Positions 18,773 to 27,672 of a DNA stretch of 40,315 bases are shown here, piece after piece. The stretch lies in the IMG/VR virus record IMGVR_UViG_2541047797_000007. One strand, 5' to 3'. The notes beneath the pieces were generated by a model. That model made no database searches. It was not told the DNA's origin and worked only from the letters and a program-made list of their open reading frames with translations. The stretch is from a virus. Taxonomy: Duplodnaviria > Heunggongvirae > Uroviricota > Caudoviricetes. Each line of letters opens with the position of its first letter. Position 1 is the stretch's first letter. Position numbers and translations under genes: made by a program.

Positions 18773-19380
18773 CAGGACAACCTCGCAATGGTAAACTCGT
18801 CAACCGGTGGCTGTGGTTCCTGTGATTCATTCTGGCTATGCGAGCCAGCACTAAGAATCACGCGATTGTACATATTGAGGGCAAACGTACCGAGGTCTGC
18901 ATTCCCAGTCAGCGCCATGTTAATAGCTGCCGCAAGACGCCAGGCCAACGCCTCCATAAAAATGGCATCAAACATGTTCACATCTGAAACGCGAGAGACA
19001 TACTTGAGCCATGCCTGAGGCTGGTCTGTGTAGATCAACTTTCCTGTTCCGTTGGTGTCTGCACCAACTTCGTACTGAACGCGCATTGCTGCTGTTGGAT
19101 TGCGTACACCAGGAAGCATAATTTCAGTAATGCGCAGACAATCGGACGGGTACTGGTACGCATATTCCCAGTCAGGCGGTGGATTGCTCGTATCTGCAAG
19201 CGCCACGCGTTTGGTAGCAAAGTTCCAGTCAAAATCAGAAAGAACGGCATCACGGCAGGCCTCAAAGTGCAGCGAACATTCCCCCGCTTCCTTGCTGGCT
19301 TCCGTCAGGCTGTTAATACTGCGGCTGTTGCCAATATTGGACAGCGCACGATTACAGATCTCTACTACAGAGGCCATCAC
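18772..19380 (-). CDS. Tail tubular protein A-like (adaptor/nozzle) protein, 202 aa
   Basis: Position and size immediately upstream of the 820-aa protein; coupled overlaps. Confidence 0.45.
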   Translation of the reverse strand: MMASVVEICNRALSNIGNSRSINSLTEASKEAGECSLHFEACRDAVLSDFDWNFATKRVALADTSNPPPDWEYAYQYPSDCLRITEIMLPGVRNPTAAMRVQYEVGADTNGTGKLIYTDQPQAWLKYVSRVSDVNMFDAIFMEALAWRLAAAINMALTGNADLGTFALNMYNRVILSAGSHSQNESQEPQPPVDEFTIARLS

Positions 19381-19706
19381 TCACCTCCGTTACCGTACAG
19401 AGTTTCAGCCGCTGATTTTTCTACATCCCTGGAAACAGGAGCGATCGCCATATCAGTGATCTGCAGATCGGCGCTGCGATTAACACCATCGTCAGTTTCT
19501 CTGGCAGACAGGCCTCGAATAACAGCCTTTGCAGTTATCATCACTTCTGTTCCGACGCCCTGAGGTTGCGCCTTCAGCTTATTCAATGTGTCGTTATTCA
19601 GCGTGATGCACAGCCCCCACGGGTATTCATCGCGAGTTCTGGTTTCTCCGCTCTCATCCTGGTAGCTGTCAGTGCCGGTTTTGAGGTTTACGAGTTCCAT
19701 ATACAC
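19377..19706 (-). CDS. Structural-module hypothetical protein (109 aa)
   Basis: Coupled ORF in the head-tail region. Confidence 0.45.
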   Translation of the reverse strand: MYMELVNLKTGTDSYQDESGETRTRDEYPWGLCITLNNDTLNKLKAQPQGVGTEVMITAKAVIRGLSARETDDGVNRSADLQITDMAIAPVSRDVEKSAAETLYGNGGE

Positions 19707-19750
19707 TCCTGCAATAAAGGGGCCGAAGCCCCTTGTCTCATCCGCGAGGC

Positions 19751-20095
19751 TTACACGCCCAGTTCTTTACGCTTATCTGCGATCTTCTCGCGTAGCGTTT
19801 CTGCTTTGGCGTTATGGTGTGGCTTCTCGTTAAAGAGCAATTCGTACTCTTCACGGAGCTTATCCAGTTCACCATCATCTGACACATCGTTGATGATTTT
19901 GGTGCTGGTTGCTGCCATAGACACCTTTCCTGCTACCTTTTCTTTTGCCTGTCTGGCTGCATCGTTAACAGGTTCCAGTGCGCTACCAGGCTCACCTTCG
20001 TATTCGATTTCTGCCCCCTCCGGCCACAGAGTGTTATGGATATGAGAGAGGCGCAGAACGCGGTATCTTGGTTTCTCACCTGACATAAATATCAC
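19751..20095 (-). CDS. Structural-module hypothetical protein (114 aa)
   Basis: ORF in the head module with a charged C-terminus; the true start may be an internal Met. Confidence 0.4.
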   Translation of the reverse strand: MIFMSGEKPRYRVLRLSHIHNTLWPEGAEIEYEGEPGSALEPVNDAARQAKEKVAGKVSMAATSTKIINDVSDDGELDKLREEYELLFNEKPHHNAKAETLREKIADKRKELGV

Positions 20096-20096
20096 C

Positions 20097-20534
20097 TTAA
20101 CCAGTTACTTTTGAGCGGATCGGATACGGCGTATTGGCATCAACATCAAGATTGATACCCGCAGTGAATTTGCCAGCCGTTAGTGGGCCAGTTGCGACGG
20201 AGTAGTTAACACGCAGATATCGCTGAACACCGGCAGGCACCTTTGCAGAAACAACTCGTTTACCTGCTGTCAGGGTAGCCTTTGCCAGTGCGCCACTATC
20301 ATAAATAGTGGACCATGAGCTGTTATTCTCACTCGTCTGCAACTGGATGTTTACAGTTGCCTCACCACTTGCCGTGGCGGCTTCGTTAACCAGCACCCAA
20401 AACTCAAGCGGATAACCCACGCCGATATCACGACGTTTTCCGTCAATTGGACCGAGATCGATTACGTCAGTAGAAGCCGCGGTATTCGTAACCGCCTGAG
20501 CTTCGGAGAACATCAACAGTTTGTCGGTGATCAT
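20097..20534 (-). CDS. Capsid decoration / accessory head protein candidate (145 aa)
   Basis: Immediately downstream of the major capsid gene; Ser/Thr/Ala/Gly-rich, beta-rich-looking sequence. Confidence 0.45.
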   Translation of the reverse strand: MITDKLLMFSEAQAVTNTAASTDVIDLGPIDGKRRDIGVGYPLEFWVLVNEAATASGEATVNIQLQTSENNSSWSTIYDSGALAKATLTAGKRVVSAKVPAGVQRYLRVNYSVATGPLTAGKFTAGINLDVDANTPYPIRSKVTG

Positions 20535-20585
20535 CTTCTTTCTCCATTAGTGGGTCTGTTACGACCCACAGGTTAATAACAGGCG

Positions 20586-21578
20586 TTACACCACGCGGGC
20601 TTCTGTTTCCAGAAGCGCATCAGTTTCACGGATTGGTACACCACGGAATGAAGTCCACCACTCGCCTTCTGTCTCTTTTACGCTGATCGCCAGAGATGTT
20701 TTCTCCAGAGATTGCAGATCAAGAGCCTGGCCTACAGTGCGGTTCATGTAGAACACCGGGCGACCCATGCCACGATTTGGAATGCGATGCAGTGCTTTAA
20801 CCATCAACTTCGCAATATTTGCGGCAGAGGAAGGTTCTGAAAGATTGCTGACATCGATGTTTGCAATGCGAACAACATAACGCCAGTCACGCAGAGCAAG
20901 TCCGTTGTCCCATTTGTAATGGGTACGGTAGCCTTCGTACTTGCCGCCATTCGCATCTTCCAGTGTCACCTGGCCTTTATCTTCCATCTGGATGCCAGCC
21001 TTCTGCCCTTTCGGGAAGATGCCATGCACGGTGTTTTCGCCCCACACCACTAACCAGATTGAGGTGTTATCTGTACCCGTGCCACCAGCATCAATGATGT
21101 TCTGAGCATTACCCGCAGACAGGCTGGAATAGCGGGAGGACAGTCCCATAAACTGCTGAGGGTTAACGCTGGAATCACCATAAAACAGTGTCTGCGCCAT
21201 CTGCTGATTCATCGCTTCAATAAATGCGCGGTCTTCAGACAGGCGGAATTCGGCAGTATTACCGTTCAGATCAGCCAGTGACTTATCGACTTCAGCATAG
21301 GTTTCCAGCATGCCAACGGAATCGGTTACCTGCACTGTGGTTGATTTGCTTGGCTGTACGCCATAGTTCAGCAAACGCCAGGTAGCTGAAGGTAAACCAG
21401 AACGAATGGTGGTTCGGTGTCCGGTAGGAAGGTTCCCTTCGACAAAAGGCATATCCTGAAGGATCGGGTTTGTTTGACCGAGAAGCTCGATAATCTTATC
21501 GACTTTCCCGTTTGGATCGACGCGCTTACCCCAGTCAGCCAGCGTTAGCGCAGTTAAGCCTTTAACAGCCATTGTCAT
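20586..21578 (-). CDS. Major capsid protein (330 aa)
   Basis: Follows the scaffold gene; SD AGAGAGGA upstream of the ATG at 21578; size and position fit a podovirus major capsid protein. Confidence 0.75.
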   Translation of the reverse strand: MTMAVKGLTALTLADWGKRVDPNGKVDKIIELLGQTNPILQDMPFVEGNLPTGHRTTIRSGLPSATWRLLNYGVQPSKSTTVQVTDSVGMLETYAEVDKSLADLNGNTAEFRLSEDRAFIEAMNQQMAQTLFYGDSSVNPQQFMGLSSRYSSLSAGNAQNIIDAGGTGTDNTSIWLVVWGENTVHGIFPKGQKAGIQMEDKGQVTLEDANGGKYEGYRTHYKWDNGLALRDWRYVVRIANIDVSNLSEPSSAANIAKLMVKALHRIPNRGMGRPVFYMNRTVGQALDLQSLEKTSLAISVKETEGEWWTSFRGVPIRETDALLETEARVV

Positions 21579-21586
21579 TTCCTCTC

Positions 21587-22288
21587 TTATTTGCCATAGA
21601 GCACTTCGGCCGCACTACGCTGGCCTTCATTACCACCGGTGACCATGCCATCTTCAGACATCGCCTTTCCGATTCTCACGAACGTTTTGACCAGATCAGG
21701 GTGATTACCCAGCCCGGTGGTGTTCAGATATTCTTTGAGTTCAGGTGTCCCGAACTGGTCAAGCGCACGCTGTGCGACGCTAAGGTTAGAAATCAACTTG
21801 CCGCCACCGATTTCTTTGTCAGCTTTTACATCCGCAGCCCACTGCTCGGTTGTTTTCTGCCAGGCTTCTGCCTGGCGCTGCTGAACACCTGCCAGAATCT
21901 TCGGATAAGCATCAACCAGCTTTTGCGCTTGCTCGTTGGTCAGGTTAAGTTCTCGCGCCACCGGCTCGAATTCCTTCAACGCTTCTGTATCCAGCTCTAC
22001 GCCTTCGGCAGCCTGAAACTCGTACTTCTCAGGCGCACCCTCTGGTTTATCGCCGTCCTTTTTTTCACCCTGCTTATCGTTTTCAGGCTTTTTGTCATCA
22101 GCAGGTTTATCGCCATCAGCAACAGGTTGTGGCTTATCACCTTCCGGTTGTGATGGATCACCAACTGGAGCAGGGTTATCACCTGCAGGCGCTGACGGTT
22201 CTGACGCAGCCGGAGCTGCTCCACCATCGACTGGTTGCTCATTGCAAAGACGGCGATACAGCAAACGCTCAAATAAATTCATGATCAC
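21587..22288 (-). CDS. Scaffolding protein
   Basis: Acidic, Pro/Ala/Asp/Lys-rich low-complexity N-terminal half and helical C-terminal half, located between portal and capsid genes. Confidence 0.65.
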   Translation of the reverse strand: MIMNLFERLLYRRLCNEQPVDGGAAPAASEPSAPAGDNPAPVGDPSQPEGDKPQPVADGDKPADDKKPENDKQGEKKDGDKPEGAPEKYEFQAAEGVELDTEALKEFEPVARELNLTNEQAQKLVDAYPKILAGVQQRQAEAWQKTTEQWAADVKADKEIGGGKLISNLSVAQRALDQFGTPELKEYLNTTGLGNHPDLVKTFVRIGKAMSEDGMVTGGNEGQRSAAEVLYGK

Positions 22289-22581
22289 TCCTGTTCACTG
22301 GCCTCTTTGGCCATCTTCAAATACTGTTCAGGGCAATGCGCCATAACGCGCTGAAACAGTTCCAGCGCCAGATTGCGTTGCCCCTCATTAAATGCCATTG
22401 CCATAGCGTCCATCGGTGAGATAGCGGAAAACACACGGCCTTTCTCCAGCACCGACCAGACAACGCGACGCCCCTGTTCACTGCTCATGACAAAGCGAAT
22501 GTCATCAATTTCACGCTGCGCCATGTCACGTTGCTTACGGGCGTTTTCTTCTTTCAGTTGATCGTCTTCGTAATCTGTCAT
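22285..22581 (-). CDS. Head-module hypothetical protein (98 aa)
   Basis: Coupled between portal and scaffold genes (ATGA overlaps on both sides). Confidence 0.5.
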   Translation of the reverse strand: MTDYEDDQLKEENARKQRDMAQREIDDIRFVMSSEQGRRVVWSVLEKGRVFSAISPMDAMAMAFNEGQRNLALELFQRVMAHCPEQYLKMAKEASEQE

Positions 22582-24257
22582 TGTGATTGCCCACCCTGAC
22601 CACTAACTGCATTCGCCATAGATGACAAAACACTCGGATCCGAAGTTTTAGCTTCGCTTAGCGTCTTGGCACCCTGTGCCGCCGCCATCCCCATCGCCAT
22701 CATTTGTTGCTGCTGTTGTTGCTGTGCCCGTTGCTGGCGAGCCTGCTCAACCTGTTCCTGCGGAACAATGACGGTTGGAGACACTCCGGACATATCAGCG
22801 AATGCATCGATCGCCTGATCAACGTTGAGTTTGTCGAGAGCTTCTGGTTTCGCTTGCGCAAGTTGACCAATGAAGTTAACCGTGGACGCCAGACTGGACA
22901 GGCCGATAGACTTCTGCGCCTGAGCCATGACGGAAATGTATTCGACCTTCAGGGGCATACCTTCCATCACGTCTGGCGGTGGCGGCAGCATGTTTTTACG
23001 CACCATCATCGAGAAAGCGCGGTCAATGAGAGGATTAAGACATTCGTCGTTCAGACGCTCCAGAACCGGACCCAACATCAGAAGTTTTTCTTCTTTCATT
23101 TCGATCACCGCTTCAACAGGCATCGAGCGGGTATTGATGTTCTGCAACATCATGAACAGATCGACAAAGTAGGCGCTGTTAATGATTTGACGAGTGTCCT
23201 GAATGTCTGCTACCAGATCTGCTGTACTGGGGTTAACCAGATAAGCAGGCCTGAAACCATCCTGACCAGTAATCTGATCGATATACGTGATGTCGCCAGG
23301 AAGAAGGGAGGCGCGCTGATTCTTGAGGGAAGTCGGAGCAACCATCGGCGGATTGGTGGCTTTATCAATCAACTGCGACTTGCGCTTCTGGAGAAGCTGC
23401 AATGCCTTAACAGGTCCAAGCGCCAGCATACCCGGGCATGATGATCCATAAACATCTTCGCCGTTAACTTCCCAGCGCGGAGCCATAATTGGAAACTCAT
23501 CGAATCCGGACTCACGCAACAACTTGTCGTTATCACCGCCAACCTCGTAATAAACCGATTTGAATGGCTTGTTCTTGCTATCCAGCTTCGATGTATCGCG
23601 GTCAATGTTCGGGTAAACCGAATGCATCACTTCAATCCACTTCTCGTAGGTGCCGCTTTCCCACATGCTTTTTACGGATTCGCTGACGTTATTTAGCCCG
23701 AACTCCTGAACAAGCTGACGAACAGTCATAGAGAACTTGCGAAAACAGGTGTCCACACTGCCACGAGGTGAGTTAGCCAGGTAGTAACTGCCTATCGGGA
23801 ATGGCATTGTGCGAATGATGTCCTCGTCATCCTCCAGTACCGCCATTGCACCGGTGCTGTATGTGCCGAGGCTTCCGTATAACTGCGGCAGCGACTGATA
23901 GAGATTCGACTTATTGAACATATCGTTCATGCGGTTCTGCACCGCCTCAAGCCACAACTTAACAGGGCCATAATCCATCATTTCAGGATCTGGCGTAGCC
24001 AGGCGAAACCACGGACGCGCGGGGCTTGTGATGCCTGACATCATGCCGCTGGCGAGAGTGCGCGCCGCCATAGTCCCGGTCGAATCAATAATGCGTGTAT
24101 TGCGTCGATCGTTACGGTTGACCTCAGAAGTCAGAAAGCGGGAACCACGCGGGTTGATGTAATCACTCAACTCGCGCCAGTGCGGCTCGAACGACTGACG
24201 CTCGCTTTCAAGTTGTGCGAACTGTTTGTTCAATCGCTCTTTAGTTGTTTCCGCCAT
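22578..24257 (-). CDS. Portal protein (559 aa)
   Basis: Size, position after terminase, and Q/A-rich acidic C-terminal tail; SD GGAG upstream of the ATG at 24257. Confidence 0.75.
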   Translation of the reverse strand: MAETTKERLNKQFAQLESERQSFEPHWRELSDYINPRGSRFLTSEVNRNDRRNTRIIDSTGTMAARTLASGMMSGITSPARPWFRLATPDPEMMDYGPVKLWLEAVQNRMNDMFNKSNLYQSLPQLYGSLGTYSTGAMAVLEDDEDIIRTMPFPIGSYYLANSPRGSVDTCFRKFSMTVRQLVQEFGLNNVSESVKSMWESGTYEKWIEVMHSVYPNIDRDTSKLDSKNKPFKSVYYEVGGDNDKLLRESGFDEFPIMAPRWEVNGEDVYGSSCPGMLALGPVKALQLLQKRKSQLIDKATNPPMVAPTSLKNQRASLLPGDITYIDQITGQDGFRPAYLVNPSTADLVADIQDTRQIINSAYFVDLFMMLQNINTRSMPVEAVIEMKEEKLLMLGPVLERLNDECLNPLIDRAFSMMVRKNMLPPPPDVMEGMPLKVEYISVMAQAQKSIGLSSLASTVNFIGQLAQAKPEALDKLNVDQAIDAFADMSGVSPTVIVPQEQVEQARQQRAQQQQQQQMMAMGMAAAQGAKTLSEAKTSDPSVLSSMANAVSGQGGQSQ

Positions 24258-24271
24258 TTCAATGACTCCGG

Positions 24272-24478
24272 TTACTGACCAAGCAGCGTTTTACCGCTGG
24301 TATTAGCGGTTGATGTGTCGCCCTGAGAACCGGTAAGCAGCGTAGAACTACGACCAGCAGCAGCGCGACGGCGACGTGTTTCTTCGTCGCGGGCATCAAC
24401 AACGGCGGCATCCTGCTCCTGTGGTGCTGCCTGAACTTCTGGTGTTGCAGGCACTGATGGTGAGCTACCCATGCACAT
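24272..24478 (-). CDS. Small hypothetical protein (68 aa) upstream of portal
   Basis: ATG with SD GGAG; its initiation region CGGAGTCATTGATATG is a near copy of the portal initiation region CGGAGTCATTGAAATG. Confidence 0.45.
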   Translation of the reverse strand: MCMGSSPSVPATPEVQAAPQEQDAAVVDARDEETRRRRAAAGRSSTLLTGSQGDTSTANTSGKTLLGQ

Positions 24479-24568
24479 ATCAATGACTCCGTACGCAATT
24501 AAATTATTACCAATTTAACCACATATGATTTATTTATCGTAGATAGTTGACATTTAACGCACGAATTA

Positions 24569-24583
24569 TTACCTTTCAGGTAA
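24569..24583. promoter_or_regulatory. Operator-like site TTACCTTTCAGGTAA in the terminase-portal gap
   Basis: Perfect TTACC-N5-GGTAA preceded by AATTAT as at the early promoter; a TTGACA hexamer lies at 24547-24552. Confidence 0.55.
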
Positions 24584-25052
24584 GCAAAGAGTTCATTCCG
24601 GTTATTAACCTGACTGGCTTGTCGTTAAATTGAACAGGTGGAGTGAGCTTTTATTTTGAGCAGTACGGCGTATGGCACATGCGCCGATAGCGGTCTGGAT
24701 ACGTTTAAGGGGCACCCTCACTTGCTCGAGCAAACGAACCAGGTAGCCGGAATGTGCAAGTCGAGCGGTTTTATTCCGCGCACGGGGATTCACCATCCCG
24801 GCGATTCGGTGTGACGCATCGGAAGAGACGAGGGTACAACGATGAGAGCATTTATGGAGCCGCGACAAAGTGTGGCGCCTTAACAGGCTAAGTGCTCTCA
24901 GCGTTGTGGCATTAGCTCAGTTGGACACTTATACAACATGAAGTTACAATGCCTGCATGCGGCGCTTATTCAGAATGGGCACTTCGATAAAACAAGTGCC
25001 ATCAATATTGCGGAAGCCATCAACGCTGGATTTAATGCCATTAAATAACACC

Positions 25053-25064
25053 GTGACATGTCAC
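25053..25064. repeat. Perfect 12-bp palindrome GTGACATGTCAC, copy 2 of 3
   Basis: Exact match; followed on the plus strand by the hairpin and T-run at 25069..25096, i.e. the same module as copies 1 and 3 but in the opposite orientation. Confidence 0.9.
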
Positions 25065-25068
25065 AAAC

Positions 25069-25096
25069 AGCCAGCCGATGAGCTGGCTTTGTTTTA
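25069..25096 (+). terminator. Intrinsic terminator on the plus strand (antisense to the late operon)
   Basis: Hairpin AGCCAGC-CGATGA-GCTGGCT followed by TTGTTTTAT. Confidence 0.6.
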
Positions 25097-25138
25097 TCCT
25101 CATCAGAGGATATCAACGACATTATCCCCACCAGCGGA

Positions 25139-26614
25139 TTAAGCATAGGGATCGTAATCTGTGATGGCCTTGCCTTGCTGGTTCTGCTGCCCGGGAATTC
25201 GCAGACGCTTCGACACAGGAAAAGCAAACGTCAGCAGTAGCGCATCGCCTTTACCCGGCGAACGCCCAAGCCGCTCCTTGATATCTTCCTTCGGTTCGAT
25301 AACGATTTTACCGTCCACGCGAACTTTGTACTCTGCCGCCGACAGGTCGTCTGCAGTTTCCTGGTCATCCAGCATGCCGCCCAGCCTCAGCCATGTCTTA
25401 CATGAGTTGAACATCTCCCCACGCTTGTTGAGCATCTGCGGGTCAGTAGACGCGCCACCGAACGGAACAAGTTGCCATGTACGACCCCAGCCGTCACCGA
25501 TTGACTTCAGACCAGTTCCGTAACCGAAGTCGATGAACACTGCGTCAGCCTGGTACTGGTCTTCAAAGTCAGCGATACGCTTCGCCATAATCAGATCGTC
25601 AGTGGTCTTGTTGCCAGTCCACAGCACCTTACTGTGCAGCCCCTGCCGCAGGTATATCACAGCGTCATCAACGCCTGAGTATGCCGGGTCAACGCCGATT
25701 ATCACCGGAGCATGTGCAACCTGCGCAGCGGTGACCACCCGTTTCATTGCCTCGTCAGTAAGTCCGGTAGGGATAAACTGCAATTCAGATGCATCCGGGA
25801 ATATGCCGCGCACACGGATTTTAACGAAGTCGCTGTCTTCCCCGTAGTCATCAACCCATTTCTGCAACTGCTGTTTGTTGGTGCCTTCCACCGTCCGGCT
25901 GTCAATCTGCGCAGTTTTCCAGCGGTGTTTATATTTGCGGAAACATTCGCGGAAACGTCCGGTATTACGCGTCGGGTTTCCGAACGCCACCCAGATAATC
26001 TCAGTGTCTTCGTCCGTTAGCGCACCCTCGGCAACTTCCCACACCAGATCCGCAATGTTCGACGCTTCATCGAATACCACGATGATGCGTTTGCGCTCGT
26101 TGTGTAGTCCGGCGAATGCCTCAGTGTTGTGCTCAGACCAGGGTATTGCGTCAGCTCGCCACCGCTTGTCGTGTCCAGGATCATTGCTGTACATCGCGGT
26201 AGCGGTACAGGTAAACCAGTCTTTCGTGATAGCAAGGTTCGACCACTTGATAATTTCCGGCCAGGTCTTCGTTCGTAGCTGGTTGTCGGTGTTGGCGGTC
26301 ACCACGACCTTACAATCCTCGCAAGTGGACATGCCCCAGTTGATCAGCATTGAGATGAATGCGGATTTACCAATACCGTGACCCGAAGCACGTGCCAGCA
26401 TAAGCGGCTGATAGCGCGTCTCTGGATTCTGCAGGTGATCACGTATCTCTCGGAACGCATCAGCCTGCCACTTACGTGGGCCGGTAGCATGTGCCAGTTC
26501 AGTCCCCTCTTCCCCCCACGGGAACGCATAGAGGGCATAGCCAAGCGGATCGTGAGTGAACCCTGCAATATCCTCGATCAACTGCTCTTCAGGAGATAAC
26601 GCTGTATCTGTCAC
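25139..26614 (-). CDS. Terminase large subunit
   Basis: Walker A-like motif (LARASGHGIGKSA) near the N-terminus and an acidic-residue nuclease-like C-terminal half; GTG start overlapping the terS stop. Confidence 0.85.
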   Translation of the reverse strand: MTDTALSPEEQLIEDIAGFTHDPLGYALYAFPWGEEGTELAHATGPRKWQADAFREIRDHLQNPETRYQPLMLARASGHGIGKSAFISMLINWGMSTCEDCKVVVTANTDNQLRTKTWPEIIKWSNLAITKDWFTCTATAMYSNDPGHDKRWRADAIPWSEHNTEAFAGLHNERKRIIVVFDEASNIADLVWEVAEGALTDEDTEIIWVAFGNPTRNTGRFRECFRKYKHRWKTAQIDSRTVEGTNKQQLQKWVDDYGEDSDFVKIRVRGIFPDASELQFIPTGLTDEAMKRVVTAAQVAHAPVIIGVDPAYSGVDDAVIYLRQGLHSKVLWTGNKTTDDLIMAKRIADFEDQYQADAVFIDFGYGTGLKSIGDGWGRTWQLVPFGGASTDPQMLNKRGEMFNSCKTWLRLGGMLDDQETADDLSAAEYKVRVDGKIVIEPKEDIKERLGRSPGKGDALLLTFAFPVSKRLRIPGQQNQQGKAITDYDPYA

Positions 26615-27207
26615 TGATTACCATCCTGACGTTCTTTGAGTCGCTTCCTGGCTGCTGCTATGCGATCAGCAATTGTCACATTCACATTAACATCCAGACG
26701 TTCTTTGAACGCGTTGACATCAACATGCTTACCAATCAGCTCAAGGTTCTTCACCTTGTCAGGCCATTTAATTTTTTTGAGGATTGTCTCTATCGAATCC
26801 TCGTTCATGTTCATGATGGTCGATGACAGATCAAAGCCACTAAGCGTAGTGCGCCAGATTTTCGGCCACTCACGGATTGGTTTAAGGCTCCCATCGTCGT
26901 TGAGGATGTCGATCACGTCCATCTGGTCGATCTCCACCAGGCGCATGAGAACGTAATCAGCACTGACGCGCATTCGTTTGTTGCGCTCCTCCATCAACTC
27001 GGCAATCCGTTTTTGAATGCGTTCATCGCGCATCATGACGCTGGCTTTAACTGCCGCTGTATTTGGGGAGAATCCTGCGTTAATCGCTGCCTGAGTCTGG
27101 TTTTCAGGCGTTTTGATGTATGACTGGCAATAAGCCTCCTGCATTGCTGTTAGTGGCTTAAATTGCGTTGATTTGCGTTTATAGGTTTTAGGTTCAGCAG
27201 GCATCAT
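26611..27207 (-). CDS. Terminase small subunit
   Basis: Directly upstream of and overlapping the large subunit gene. Start placed at the tandem internal ATG codons (27207) because the track N-terminal extension runs through the upstream terminator hairpin. Confidence 0.7.
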   Translation of the reverse strand: MMPAEPKTYKRKSTQFKPLTAMQEAYCQSYIKTPENQTQAAINAGFSPNTAAVKASVMMRDERIQKRIAELMEERNKRMRVSADYVLMRLVEIDQMDVIDILNDDGSLKPIREWPKIWRTTLSGFDLSSTIMNMNEDSIETILKKIKWPDKVKNLELIGKHVDVNAFKERLDVNVNVTIADRIAAARKRLKERQDGNQ

Positions 27208-27249
27208 AACCACCGTGGTAATAGTTACCGTTGTGGTAATAGTACCATG

Positions 27250-27276
27250 CAAAATAAAGCCGCCATAGTTGGCGGC
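27250..27276 (-). terminator. Intrinsic terminator immediately upstream of the packaging/late operon
   Basis: Minus strand: GCCGCC-AACTAT-GGCGGC hairpin followed by TTTATTTTG, about 40 nt upstream of the terS start. Confidence 0.65.
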
Positions 27277-27316
27277 AGTATCCAAAACCGTCAAATTCAT
27301 CATGCATAATCTACTC

Positions 27317-27328
27317 GTGACATGTCAC
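27317..27328. repeat. Perfect 12-bp palindrome GTGACATGTCAC, copy 3 of 3
   Basis: Exact match; overlaps the stop of the 27325..27672 gene and lies 40 nt upstream (minus strand) of the terminator at 27250..27276. Confidence 0.9.
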
Positions 27329-27672
27329 ACTATTAATTTCGTTTCATGCCAGCCTTTAGTCACCCAGCATTGCGAGTCACCATTACACGGGCATGAATTA
27401 ACTGGAACTCTCTCGCCGCACTTACCGCAACGTTTTCTGCTGATCGATTTTATACGCCCGCGCACACGTGCATCATCCTGGCGGATCAGCAGCGCGATGT
27501 ACTCGGCCATTTCATAGGGATCGCGACCAGGGCGCCGGGCGGCGCAGTTCCGCGCCAGCATTTCCTGCTCCTGCTTATCCAGCACCAGTTCAATTTTGCG
27601 CTCACCGGCGGCGGACTGCCGAGCGCGCTGCGCGGCTTTGCGTTCTGCGGGGGATTTAGCCACGAATCGCAC
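27325..27672 (-). CDS. Candidate late-gene regulator: basic N-terminal region plus C-terminal Cys-rich zinc-ribbon-like motif
   Basis: C-terminus CGKCGERVPVNSCPCNGDSQC; basic N-terminus (RFVAKSPAERKAAQRARQ) loosely resembles small RHH/CopB-like DNA-binding proteins. Occupies the position held by Q in lambdoid phages. GTG start; start uncertain. Confidence 0.45.
   Translation of the reverse strand: MRFVAKSPAERKAAQRARQSAAGERKIELVLDKQEQEMLARNCAARRPGRDPYEMAEYIALLIRQDDARVRGRIKSISRKRCGKCGERVPVNSCPCNGDSQCWVTKGWHETKLIV

Noticed and set aside
22704-23441. 245-aa plus-strand ORF (and similar antisense ORFs such as 9497..9958, 14630..15247, 18329..19018, 28904..29419)
   Set aside because: Each lies wholly antisense inside a well-supported structural or early gene, has no SD, and has the biased composition typical of antisense frames.
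24605-24868. 87-aa minus-strand ORF in the terminase-portal gap
   Set aside because: Arg/His/Ser-rich translation typical of GC-rich structured non-coding sequence; no SD; breaks the translational coupling seen everywhere else in the operon.
24905-24945. tRNA-like fragment (GCATTAGCTCAGTTGG resembles a tRNA D-arm)
   Set aside because: No acceptor stem, anticodon arm or T-loop (GTTCGAATC-type) can be built around it; at most a short remnant.
27207-27303. N-terminal extension of the terminase small subunit (track start at 27303)
   Set aside because: The extension is translated through the terminator hairpin at 27250-27276 and gives a low-complexity T/I/V run; the tandem ATG at 27207 is the likelier start.
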